DNA of 64,000 nucleotides from Balanoglossus misakiensis (taxonomy: Eukaryota; Animalia; Hemichordata): contig CM082578.2 in assembly GCA_040954595.2 (NCBI GenBank), positions 5,066,831-5,130,830 on the forward strand, given 5' to 3'. Every line of letters begins with the position of its first letter. Position 1 is the first letter of the stretch. Shown piece by piece: positions 40,193-52,606 of this stretch. The position numbers and the translations under genes are program-made. Under the pieces are notes generated by a model. That model saw only the letters and a program-made list of their open reading frames with translations. It did not search any database and had not been told where the DNA came from.

Positions 40193-41300
40193 TTTCACTG
40201 AAAGGTTTGTAAAATCTCGAGGATCGGCATTGTTGTTACACATGACGGTAAATCGAAGGCGGCGGCCGTGCATCTGTCAATATATGTGCCCATCGAGCAG
40301 AATCGTTAGAAATCATCAAACAAAGTTATCTCCGTAATGTTGTAAACACACACCCACGACAAGAAAGAAATCGATCAGCAATCTATGCGAAGCTTCAATA
40401 CCACGGATTTCCATTGTATATATCGAAGTCTGTCGATTTTCGTTGTTTCGAGGCTTTTATGCTTCCCGCGTTGATGAATTGTTGGATGTCCGACTCGGCT
40501 TTATTAAATCAAGTAAGTTGATACAGGCGTTGCCCGTGTCATTGGTAAAGGGTGCTAATTAAGAAAAGTGGGGCGGTATAGTCAAGTTTATTAGGCTACA
40601 GCAAATTATAAACACAGCTTGGTTTTAACTTGACGAGGGCATTACAGAAAACAAATCGCTCCTACATTGACAAAGTTCAACATGGAGATTTACACTGTGG
40701 TTCAGCCTCTCTAAGGCAGCATTCCGTTTCATGGCGGGGAAGGGGGAGAATCATCATTCTTATTTTTAAATGTCTAAATCGCATAGACGTCTTTACCGTC
40801 TTTCATCTATTTTTTCGTACAACAACATTTTTGTCTCTCGATATTTGTCACTCATTAACCTAACAGCTTGTTGTACACCTACCATGCAAGTTGCTATCTT
40901 CTACTAATTTCTCTGTGACAAAATTCAGCATAAGATTCAAAAGTGATCGTGTTATTGATCATGTATGCAGGACGCCGTAAACGGAAATCACTGTAGGCCT
41001 AATAGCGTTTTGTCTTCCAACAATAGCCCTAGTATATCGATAAGGCGACGGTCAATGGATTTTTGAACTCGTAACCAGTGCAATGTGCGATGGATTTTCA
41101 AAATTTCACGCGTGGTGTATGAAACCGCTTGATACAGAAACGAACCTCTGGAGCATGGCCAACCTTGCTCTCCGACAGAAATAGAAATGCTTTGAGCCAC
41201 CAACGAACATACATGTATCAATCAAAAGGCACGCAGCGCACAGACCCGATGGGGGTGGGGGGTGGGGGGTTAATTCACTGAACACATATTAACGTTCCCA

Positions 41301-41405
41301 CCTTCCTTCCTTCCTTCCTCCCTCCCTTCCTTCCTTCCTTCCTGTCTTCCTTCCTTCCTGTCTTCCTGTCTTCCTTCCTTCCTTCCTTCCTTCATTCATT
41401 CATTC
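41301..41405. repeat. (CCTT)n / (CATT)n microsatellite
   Basis: Direct reading. Confidence 0.92.
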
Positions 41406-43633
41406 AGCGCCCTGCACTTTACAGTATTGTTTTAGTACAAAATTATTTAAGATTTCTGAAATTTTCTTTTGAAAAACTTTGGCAAATCTTGCCAAATCTT
41501 GCTTTTTTACACAAACTGCCAACATCAACAGCCAAATTAATCAAGACCACTTTTCATTCCACACTTCAGTCGCTCTGACCTGATTGATTCAGTTTAAAGA
41601 GGGTTTCGGTTCTCTCTCGCCTCTACCCTTTCAAAACCTCTTAACACACGAGTAGCGTCGAAAGGAAGAAAACACTTTTCCCTTTTGCTTTTCCCGATGC
41701 CTGTCGATAGACATGCAAGTTCCTGTACATGCGCAAACACTTCGGCGGGATTCGATATTTGAACATATGGCTAAGCCTATAAGATTCCTATGGTTTTTGG
41801 AGTGTGCAATTGAAACTCGCATTCAGTGAGTATTTCGCCACTTGGTATTTCAAGCGAACGTGGTTAAGAGGTTTTTTCCCAAAATGAATGTGATATTGAA
41901 GTTGTCACAAATCTGTACGGTGGATAATTCGAAACCTTGACAACACCCCACGTCAATTAGATTACGTCATCCAGAACCTTAAGTAAGGCTATGCACTGCA
42001 TCTGGGTAGTCATCTACCTGAGGCCCACGAGAGAATTCGAGAAACTTTGCTCAGCTAATCCAAGTTCTCTCCTGTGTGGCAGCCTTTATCGGCTCATCAG
42101 GTTAGGACACGCTGCGCCTGAAGTTCAATTTTGAACCGCCGTTCTCAAATCAATGTTATCATGCAACTTTATAGCTTTCTTGCTAGTAAACTTTGCAGTT
42201 TACAAAGCACTCGGCGAATTCAGTCGGAGAGGCGGGTTTATCGTTTTGCGTGTATTTGCGTTTCTTTAACTGAGGATTCCAATAATACCCATATCTCTAT
42301 ACATATTTGGTGGCGGACAAATTTGTGAGGAGGCGGGGGGGGGGGGGGGCAGCCCATTCCTCAAAACACTATTTTCACACTCAAATTTAACCAATTCACG
42401 CTTCACTTACATGTACATGGCGGTCAACAAGCAACACCTACAGTAATAACGTGGGCGAAATTTCGTGAGAATGTGCGGCACTTTCCAAACCATTTGTCCC
42501 GATTCACTGATGAGAATTTTTTGACTCATTTCTACCTGGCCTTTACACGTTCCCTTGTTGACAGCCTATATTCCAGTGGCCAGTCGAATAATCTTCGATT
42601 TCTTGCACACTAAAAGGTATCGTTATTGTGAACGACCCAGCACTACTGTTAATAAAGAGGTGTGACTTTTAAACAAATTATGTTCTGTGGGATTGAAGGA
42701 GTAACGCACCATGGTCGTTGCTTAGCCATATAAGCACACCTTTACGCATGTGTCGAAAGTTTACAAAGTGGACATTTTATAATTATTTGTGGTCGCGGGT
42801 GTTAAAAAGGAGAGTGACTTTGGTAAACTGTGCTATCGCTGACCAGATATTTCCCTAATTACTTTTAAAATATGTTGTACACAAAAAACTAAAACACTAA
42901 AATGTATTAAAATGTACTTTGTCGTGGTTTGATACTCATATCTCGTACCACATAGCATAACCATCTTACAATTTGAAGAGCTTGGAACTTCGGCAGAGCC
43001 CGGTACGTTTAAAGATCCAACCGTTTTGAATGGATTGCACTGACGATATTGACAAAGATTCAAATGCTTCTCTCTCCATTATATTATCTGTTAATGGAGA
43101 CTACACTAGCCAAACCGACACAAAACATTACGTCATGGTTGATGACGTAGTGCAGGCATCTGACATAACATTGCAATCGGACTCGAGCACTTTGACAAGA
43201 CAACATCACAGCTTTGCTAATTTCCCGACGAATGATTCAACCGATTTGTGAATGTGTCATCGCCAGCTTAGAATAATAGGCAGGTGAGATAAGTATTTGG
43301 GACAGAAAACACATAGACAGTCTACCAGCCAGGATGACCATTACACTAATTAATGATTGATATATATTTAGAAGGGCCGCCTCTGTTTTATTTCCTGTGA
43401 CCGAAAGAAAATCGATGACGGCGTGACGTGTGCACAGGATAAAATACGAATGACCTGGGATTTAAAAATTGCGGAAGAGTAAAGAGACAAGCTATCAAGT
43501 CGAACTCGAATTGACGCCTCCACTAGCGACGCCAATTATGATATAGGCCTGAAAGTCGACACACTCGCAATGTGCCGGGCCCGAGCCGCGGAAAACTCAC
43601 GAAAATGCAAAATGCGTTTCCACGGGGAAATGA

Positions 43634-43649
43634 CAGCGCCCTCTAGTGG
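43634..43649 (-). promoter_or_regulatory. CTCF-like binding motif CCACTAGAGGGCGCTG
   Basis: Very close match to the bilaterian CTCF core consensus CCASYAGRKGGCRS. Intergenic, between the secreted-protein promoter and MFSD3. Confidence 0.55.
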
Positions 43650-45009
43650 TCACATCAAACCAGTATGATTTGGAGATCTTTGCACGAATCAACAACTTAA
43701 ATACATGTAATATGTTCTTGGCCATGAGAAAATGAAGGAGATAGGAAGAAAGATAGTGGGCACCTTTCTTTCCGACTAAATGACTCTGAAAGAAAAAAAC
43801 AATTGTATTCAATCTGGGTTTAACATCTCATCATATCTAGCCGTTTTAAGCGGATAAACATTCCTCCTGTATACGTAACCTTGGTTGGTTTCCCAAACGT
43901 GGCGCGTTCTCACCAAAGATATAACGTCAGAATTGTTTACCCAATATAGGAGCATGTGCCTGTCAAGGGTTTATATTTGACACTTTGTAGCCGTCAAATC
44001 TGCAGCCGTTTAACCGCTGTGACCTTCACACTTTGCAATCGTGTATTCTACGCGATGCCATGTTAAAAATCAATTGATCTTGTTTCATACAAGAAAAATA
44101 ACATTTCCGAATGACGTACGAAATGATGATCAAGTTAGAGTCTGGGGAAAGTCTTCGTCGATTGCAGACCTAGATTTCGCGTCTGCGCATTGAAAAGTGC
44201 TGGTTGACTTGTACAACTAAACATTGGTTTGTTAGTTAGTTTAGACATTTTTCCTTTGCCCTAGGCCTGGTCCACTATTATGAGACTTGAATTTTCACTT
44301 GCAGTCACCTTATTAAGCGTAATTAGTGAACATGCGAAGCCCCCTCATTGGTGCGAACATTGAACATGCCAGTCTATGAAGCAAATGTACATCAATCAAA
44401 TATCTAGGTATAAATTGTTAAAGGGTCCCATTTATCGAAACACGCAGGATTTTTAGCGCCAGAATCTCTCTCAATATCTGGGTCGCATTGCTTTCTTTCT
44501 GTGGTATACGTGTATATGTTACAGCCAAACACCAGTTTAACGCTAATTGCCTGTTTTAGAGTTGTATATGGCACGAGGTCGATGTCAATATCAGTTTGTG
44601 GAGAGACCGTGGTAGCAACGAACCTTTCAGCATTTTCATCTGCGATACAATCTTCCAAGTATTAGGTCTAAATTAGACACCAAAATTTCGTATTTTTATT
44701 TTAATTGTGAATCTCGGTGTCATACTGCCAACCTTTTTAGGACGGTGACGCCATTTGGAATTTACTGGCAAGTCCATATCAAAATCGTATCAAATCGATC
44801 TAAAACAATGCAGTTCCTGGACTAGAACCTTTGACCTTTGAGGTGGAACAAACCAGTAACTGATAGTTTACGGTGCGATAATTCACTTGGTCGTGTGAGT
44901 ATAAGTAACGTAACTTAGTCTTTTCAGAATGACACAAAGACTGTTGTTTGATTTCGGTGAAACACAAAATACTCAAAAACGAAAGCACGCTAACAGGGAC
45001 AGAAAGGCG

Positions 45010-45188
45010 ATTCATTCATTCATTCATTCATTCATTCATTCATTCATTCATTCAATCATTCATTCAATCTATCATCATTCAATCAATCAATCAATCAATC
45101 AACCACCCAACCAACCAATCGTTCGTTCGTTCGTTCGTTCATTCATTCATTCATTCATTCATTCATTCATTCATTCATTCATTCATTC
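45010..45188. repeat. (ATTC)n / (AATC)n / (GTTC)n compound microsatellite
   Basis: Direct reading. Confidence 0.95.
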
Positions 45189-46787
45189 TATATCTTTCCT
45201 GAATGAATTCCCTGTTTCCTAACTGCTGTATTTCACTCGTGCATGTGTAATTAACTGTGTTGTGTTGTCTTTCTGAGCTTCTGAGGAAAACAGTGTTGCC
45301 TTGAAGGTTTTTCGGGGGTTGTAAATGTTGTTATACCCCTATTTGTGCAATGAAGTGAACACATAGGCTGGTGGGTAAGTCTGCAGGAGGGCGCGCTTCC
45401 TCAGGCATTTTTGGGCTTTTGAAAACTTGGTAATGTTACTGAACGGTGTCGTTTGGTGGCACTTTGAGAGCATTTGTTCATTTTGCGCTGAGCATGAAGC
45501 CAAAAAAACCTTAGTTCTGATTTATTGTATTATGCAATGCAGTTTATTTATAACACGATTAGAACTATTTTAGTAGTTTGATATCGTCGACAAGTGGTGT
45601 AGAATATCTCTAGATTTATGATATTATTGACCGAACGTGGGGGAGTTACTTTGTTATGTATTACCGGGTAATAGGGGAAAACAATCGGTCTGTTAAGTCT
45701 ATAGATTGTAAATGAAGCAGCAATCTATGTCACATGTTGACATTATGTTATTATTCACTTCTAGTTGGTACGTACAGACAATTGTGATGTACCCTTAAAC
45801 GGTATCCGCGGGGGATAGAAGGGTGTCCGGGTTTTATTTAGCAGATGTTGATAATTGGGTAATTTTGTGTGACTTTGTGACACTTTTATCTTTTAAGTTG
45901 ATAATTTAGAGTGTAAGCCAGACAGTACAAGTTCCAAAATTCAACTCTTGATAAAATCAATGCGTAGGCCTATACACGCAGTGGCATATAGCACATAACT
46001 AAAGCATCACTGCAGCAGCGCGGAACTATTGTCCTATAGGCCCAGAATATTATGAGTGATGATAAAATTAGTCATGTCCAACGTGCTTTTTCTTTTACCT
46101 TTGCCTGTTTATTGGCTGTGTAAAATTGTTGTTAGTGTTGCTTTGAGAGAAATGTGTATAAAATTACCAGATATTTGAAGGTTCAAGATAGGTGATCATA
46201 ACTAAGAGACCTTTGGGATATTTTGGCGATATGGAGACTTTGACACATAAGTCTATAAGAGCGCGGTGCATTGCGAGTTATTCATACAGGCCAACACGAC
46301 ATTGATAGCACAACTTTAATCTAGTGGTTACACTCGATTACATAGACGGACGATCTTTTATAACCGTATCCGCCAACACAAACAAAATCAACAACAAAAC
46401 ACACCAGAAGAAAAATTAGACATATAGTAAAAAATATGCTCTTTTCAAGAGAACGTGAGAAGTATGTCAAACACCGTGTAAAACGTGTTTGTATAATTTA
46501 GAACGTCTTCATTGGTGGGACTGCTGAATGGAACGTGGGACTCCCTGTCCAAGGTTACTCATATCTGTGGCCAATAACAGGCAAGATGATAACAGTAAAC
46601 AAGATTTCGACGGTTTTTGTCAAAGTATGGTGAACCTTCGGAGAGACTAGACAAGACTTGGGTCTGCAACACAATGCTATAAATATACCTGCAGGTGGGT
46701 AACTGATAATAGTGACTGGCAAAGAACACGCGTCAATTACGATCGTATTTATTAGAGAGAATGCAAAGATCGGCATTTTGGTAAAAC

Positions 46788-46821
46788 CATAGACCCCGGA
46801 GAAATTTCTCCTGGATCTAAG
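46788..46821. mobile_element. 34-bp palindromic mini-element with imperfect 7-bp TSD
   Basis: CATAGACCCCGGAGAAATTTCTCCTGGATCTAAG is an imperfect palindrome flanked by GTAAAAC and TTAAAAC. Confidence 0.5.
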
Positions 46822-47879
46822 TTAAAACACACACGTTTTAGGCTCAAGTCGATAACATCTCAGATTTTGATTCGTTCAAACAGAGGTCTTCTGTGACCAG
46901 ATTGTTATACACTATTCGGTAGCCTAAGTAGGAGGTGTTGATTTTAGGATTGTTCCGATCGATTAATAGACTTATTACTTAATTAATTGGAGTGAACGTG
47001 TTTCGTGTTTGCTCGTTTGTATTTGAGCACCGATTTCAGTGAACGGAACGCGCGACAGAGAAAAAATAAATCGTTGAAAAAGTTTTATCGCTGACAGACA
47101 CGTTTCACAGAGAGATAGAGAGAATAAACCGCGAGATTCTTTACGTGCTGGCGTACACGCATGCGAAATCAGAAACTACTCTTATCAAAGTTTGTATCGA
47201 AAATAACCTGTGCTGTTTAACGTTCAATAGATATGAAATAAAATAACGCAGATTAGGCTAAAAGAGAAAAATCTGCTTTTCGTTTTGCTCTTTTTGTCAT
47301 CGCGGCAAATTAAGGACGATGCAAAACTCACATTCAAGTTTATTTGAATGTAAGCCTATATACATGTAGTCCTATTTCATTTTAGTTAGTGATTGGAAAG
47401 ACAAAGGTTATGCTTTGGGGGCATAATTCCTGGGTGTACGTCTAAGCCAACAGTCGATTAAAGTTAGTTTTTGGTGCGAGCGGCGAACTTCAACCACACA
47501 GGATAATGAAAATAATGCAGCACTTACTTTTCCTTTATTGACTTCGTTTGTCCATGGATCCTTCCTTCATGTCTTGACGACAAGAGACCTGGCGCACAGG
47601 AGCATTGTGTAGGCCTGTTTACGTTATCACTTTTTAGTTCACAAGTTCTCTGTTCGGACGTGCACACGATTGTTGAGTGATCGGTGTTACCCTCTGCAAA
47701 AGTTGACAAAAAATAGATAAACCGGGCAGGGGATTCTGTTTATAATGTTGTTACGTGTACATTTGTTTAATGATTAAAACCGTTAATATTTACACAACCC
47801 CCTATCAATCTCCAACTGATTGATGTACCTGTGATGTACTCAGGGAACTTTGGTCACCGCTGTGCAGCGTAGTGCGTTA

Positions 47880-48080
47880 TGGGTAAAACTACCCGAGTTA
47901 CGCGCCGTGACCTCGGACGGATGAGGTCACTGCGCAAGCATGACAACCGGCAGATATCATGCGTGTGGATGCCATGAGCACGTTTGAAATATTATTATTA
48001 TCAAACAAAGTCGTGTTATTATGACCAAAACGTAAGTCTAGCTAAATTTAGATTAATGAGTCCGTTCTTTGACGTCACAT
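47880..48080 (+). promoter_or_regulatory. MFSD3 promoter / 5' UTR region
   Basis: CpG-rich stretch around the start codon. Contains the inverted repeat GTGACCTC-N8-GAGGTCAC (47907-47930), an NRF1-like TGCGCAAGCA, and a full CRE TGACGTCA at 48070 in intron 1. Confidence 0.5.
48021..48031 (+). CDS. MFSD3: MFSD3 coding exon 1 (micro-exon ATG ACC AAA AC, MTK+)
   Basis: ATG at 48021 is preceded by an in-frame TGA at 47985. Donor AC|GTAAGT at 48031/48032. Phase 2 matches acceptor TTACAG| at 48663, giving MTKTWISTAIRGP. The spliced CDS totals 1506 nt, divisible by 3. Confidence 0.7.
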
Positions 48081-48663
48081 GTAAAAGCGTGCATGTATCT
48101 CATGACAGTCTTGACTTTGTACATGCAGGAAATGGGCCATGGCCGTGGCCGTGACAGACGAACTTTGTACACGTCCCTTACCGATTTTAATTCGATTATT
48201 TTCAGTGGTTACCTTCGCGCATTTGACCTTAGATGTCATCGTTGATTATACTTACGTGATCTTTATTTCAAAATCAAAAAGTGAAATTTAATAGAGATGT
48301 GCGTGTAAGTTGAGATGCGTCTGCAATACATATGTCTGAAAGTTATCTGGGCACTGTATAGCTCCCTGCCACACAGAGCTAGGCACTGCAATGTTTAGCT
48401 GCAATAAGGGTGGGGGGGGGGGGGGGATACTGCACACTGTTTTCGCTTTGTGCAATATAGTCAGAAAGCGAAAACAGTGATTGACACACACTGCTCTGTG
48501 ATCGCTTGTAGTGTAAAATAACCTGTACATTTAAAGCCGGGATTTACAGGTTGAATCAAACGATCACAGCAGGATAGCTACAAAAAAAGATGTAAATCAG
48601 TGATATTTTGGTGAAATCATCAAAACTTGTCTATTTACAAATTAAATCTTTTTACAATTACAG

Positions 48664-49595
48664 ATGGATATCAACTGCTATTCGTGGCCCCTCATCGAGT
48701 CAAAACAGATTGAACAGCAATATTGCCATTCTCACTCTTCTGTACTTTGTACAAGGAATCCCATATGGCTTTCAGTCCCGCTTCTTGCCAGTTTACCTGC
48801 GTGCAAATGGAATGTCCCTCACCAGGCTGGGCCTCATCAAGCTCCTGTTGTTACCATGGCTACTGAAAGTTACCTGGGCGCCGTTAGTTGACAGGTGGGG
48901 GACGAAGAGGCTGTGGTTGTTGCACAGCGTGTTTGGGTTGGCTGTGACGTGCCTGGTTGGCGCTTGCATCGCGCCGGACGTTCTGTCCCATCTCTGCTCG
49001 GTCATCTTCACGCTCAACTTCCTGGCAGCTACTCAGGACATTGCGGTGGACGGCATCGCGATATCGATTTTAGAGAAAGACGAACTCGGGAAAGGCAACA
49101 CGGCGCAGGTTGTCGGGTATAAAATTGGCTCGGTTGTGGGTGGAGGTTTTCTCGTCTGGCTGAATGAGTACATCGGATGGAAGGGCCTCTTCCTAACACT
49201 CTCTGCTTTGTATTTTGTGACGCTGGACGTCGTTAGAAGAATACCGGACCTTGACCTTCACTCCGGCAGCAAAAAGAATCAAACACCACTTCTTGTGAAA
49301 GAAACTGGGAAACAAGAGGTGAAAGGTGATGTCTCTTCAGACTGTGGCAAGACTACATGCACACACAGGACTCTGAGAAACGGCAAAGTTATAACGAACA
49401 CAGATAATTACAGCAGAACACTGCAGACAGCAGGCAGCTATCAGGAAAAACTGAAAGACCACGATATCGATAGAACATTTTTGACTGTCGGAGCAAATCC
49501 CAACAGATCCGCAGCTGTTCAAGATTGGATCCATGCAATCATTAGAGTACCTGGAACAATATGGATGGCAGTTTATGCTCTGACATACAAGCTGG
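48664..49595 (+). CDS. MFSD3: MFSD3 (SLC33A2, AmpG/acetyl-CoA transporter-like MFS protein) coding exon 2
   Basis: Family motifs LYFVQGIPYG, KVTWAPLVD, ATQDIAVDG, GNTAQVVGYKIGS and LTYKLGE. Acceptor TTACAG ends at 48663; donor G|GTGAG at 49595/49596 (phase 1). Confidence 0.93.
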
Positions 49596-52125
49596 GTGAG
49601 ATCTTGGAGTGTTGCAAATCAGCATTCCTTATTTTTAGCCTTTTAAACATTTTTAAAGGGACATTAGCTGTAACTTTTGGATGTTTTTTGTTGAGTGTAA
49701 CAAATGCAATTTCTTGTTCTACTCCACACATCATGCTAATAATAACTGAGTACTCCACTTGTCAACATATTCTGTATGTGTGTGACCAGCATTGTTATTG
49801 TTGACAACTAAATTCTAGTCTGGACTTGAATTCAAATTTTGCACAATAACATTGCTTACTTTTCACATATATGTTGTGTTGATAAGCTTAATGTTGGATA
49901 GTTCATCAATCCATGTTTCGGGAATTTGAACAAGAAACTGCAGTAGGTACACGAAACAAAAATGTTGAAAACGAAATTTACAGCTGATGGAGCTTTAAAT
50001 GGTTTGCATCTTTCCAGGCAGTTGCTCAAGATTGGGTGACAATGTTGTGTCATTTTGGGTCAAAATATGTTTTTCTTAGAAAGTATGGAAGCCACCAGCC
50101 CCAAATCTGTGATTTCTCGGGAGCAAGCACATTGGAGAAGTAATAGCAATGGCTAATCATGGCCAAGATGGACTGAGAGATAATGTGAATCTGCACGAAA
50201 AGTTGAAGAGCTCATGAAACAGAACAATCAATGGGACTGTAGGCATTTTGAGGCCAAGATTTGTATACATGTACATATACACATGCGTTTTGTATATATG
50301 CATGTATAAAGGTTACAGCAAACTGGTGCAGTGAGTCAGTTTTGGAGAAAGAAGACAAGCAAGCAAGACCCTTGGAACTGTCTTGATTTGTGGGTTACTG
50401 TGTTAACGTGTGAGATGTTACTGGGTTGAAGGGTAAATTCACGTGGCTGTCGCTCCTTTCTTGTTATCTGGGAATCCCAAACAAATCCTTACTGATAAAA
50501 AAAGTTTGATATGAAATGGTCGGGAGAAAAGAGTTGTCACGTTCTGTCTGATGTCAAAAGGTAATTTGTTGACAAAAATGTTCTGTGTTAGTTCAGGCTC
50601 TGTGATGTTTGTTTGTTTGTTTGTTTGTTTGTTTGTTGCCTTAGGTATAGTTTCATGACCACAACATTTTCAAGGTGTCTTCTCTTTAAATAGAAAATGT
50701 TTGGTTAATCACTTGAGTCAAATCCTGGCTCAAGTCAGTTTTCTTTCGTTTATACTACACAGTAGTATTACAATTTTGCTGTCATTCCTGGATGACAATT
50801 ATTACTTATTCAACTGCTTGCATTTAAAAGAACTCATGACGGTTGTCTTCAATAAATCCTTTCAGGAGACTTACAAAACAGGAAAAATTACAATCATATA
50901 ATTTAAAGTAACAACTAAAAGTTTTAATTATCCTATCATAACTAAATTCTCTCAAGTATAAAAGGTATGAAACCACACTGTTACCTTTTGCATTTTATGT
51001 TGCTTGAAGTGTAGCCCAACTGTTGAAATTTGTCTTGAAGTGTTTGTGTATAATGTGTGTTTCCAATATCTATGATTAAATCCATATATTTTTATGGCAG
51101 TACTCGAAAATCAGGCCAATTTGGACACCTTCTATCAGCAAATGTGATTTATATCGAGATAAGCGCCACAAATTGCCTGACTAACCAGATAGTCAAGAGT
51201 CTATTGACAGAGATAGGATTAAGCTGTAAATACACATACACACAACATTAGACACCATTTCTACAGATGATTACTCCACTGAGTTGATCTTCATTATCTA
51301 CACACTCTCAGCCCCAAAATTCAGATTCTCCACCAGTGACAATGCCCCCTCCTTGTCTGCTAAATTCAAACTTATATTCAAGCATCTTCACATGATTTAT
51401 TATTTGCAAAACTGATTGCACAGTGTGATATTGTTTTCAGGCTGTGGCAAGTTGTTAGTTTGAAACCCTTTTAAGCATATTAAAAACCACAAATGCAGCC
51501 ATTTCACAACTGGGCATGTTTGTTCTCAGTACCTGGCTAGTAAGTTGGAACACAAATATAGGGAACACCAAGTAAGTTATAGTCTTGCTTGGCTACATCA
51601 ATTTGCAAGATTCTGTCACGCCAAGTCACAGGATTACATTATCATGATTATGGCTGTCCTATAGTCGCACACAGGTGAAGGTCCCTCGCTATTAAAATCA
51701 GACCCTTGGTTGGTCATGATCTAGGCAGTGGACCCTAACACCCTACAACTTTTCAAGGTTTCCACTACAAAACTTTTGAAGTGTCTAATTCCCATCTTAC
51801 TCTGTGTGAAGTTCAACTTTTTTGTTTAACAATTTCAGTCAAAAGTTCAAAAACCTATCAAGGTGAAAGGTATTATGGTTTTGGCTGTTGCGAGTCAATC
51901 TCATGGCTGTGTGTGCTAGGTCTTAGAATCTTCAAATCAGCACCTTTGACAGGGTAACCTTCAAGTTCAAGCTACATTTCTTGCAGCTGGACATCTTTGG
52001 CTGCTGATTGGTTGATATTGTAGCAATTGAGTGGCTGATAGTCTTGCAGCTGATTGGCTGATAGAGTAGAATGGAGGACTATCACAGTATGTCATGAAAA
52101 AAGCTTTATGATCAGGTTTTAGTCT

Positions 52126-52260
52126 TAGACTGAAAGATTCTCAGACTGAAACATTCAGTTGTGTGCTGGTGCTGCCTACGACCTTTGTAAAGGGTTGTAG
52201 GCATGGCTCCTGAGCGCCCGCACACAACTGAATCTTTCAGTCTGAGAATCTTTCAGTCTA
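52126..52260. mobile_element. 135-bp near-perfect palindromic MITE-like element in MFSD3 intron 2
   Basis: 41-bp arms TAGACTGAAAGATTCTCAGACTGAAACATTCAGTTGTGTGC and their reverse complement with 1 mismatch, plus an inner hairpin TGCCTAC...GTAGGCA. Confidence 0.75.
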
Positions 52261-52606
52261 CTGTTGGTCTGTGTTGGTATCAGTTTTGAAAAATTCAGTC
52301 ATTTCATTTTCTCAGAATTATGTGAGGATATCCCATATGACACGAATCAGCATTGATATGAAATTGAACATTACCAGGGGTACATTTTTTTTATTCTGTA
52401 GAGCTTTTTCTTGTCAATGTCTCAAATTCATTATTCATTACATTCTCTTTCATACAGCCCCTTACCTCCACCCAACCCATCTTACCCTTCCTAAAATCTT
52501 CATTCTGTAATTAAGAGACGAAACTTCAATTCTCTTCAAAATGTTTACTGGTTCAGGATATAGAATGCACAAAGTGATATATACATCTTTGGATCTTTTA
52601 TTTTAG

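Noticed and set aside
48608-49804. 398-aa ORF taken as a complete single-exon protein
   Set aside because: Both ends run into introns (acceptor 48663, donor 49596). The real C-terminus is in exons 3-5.
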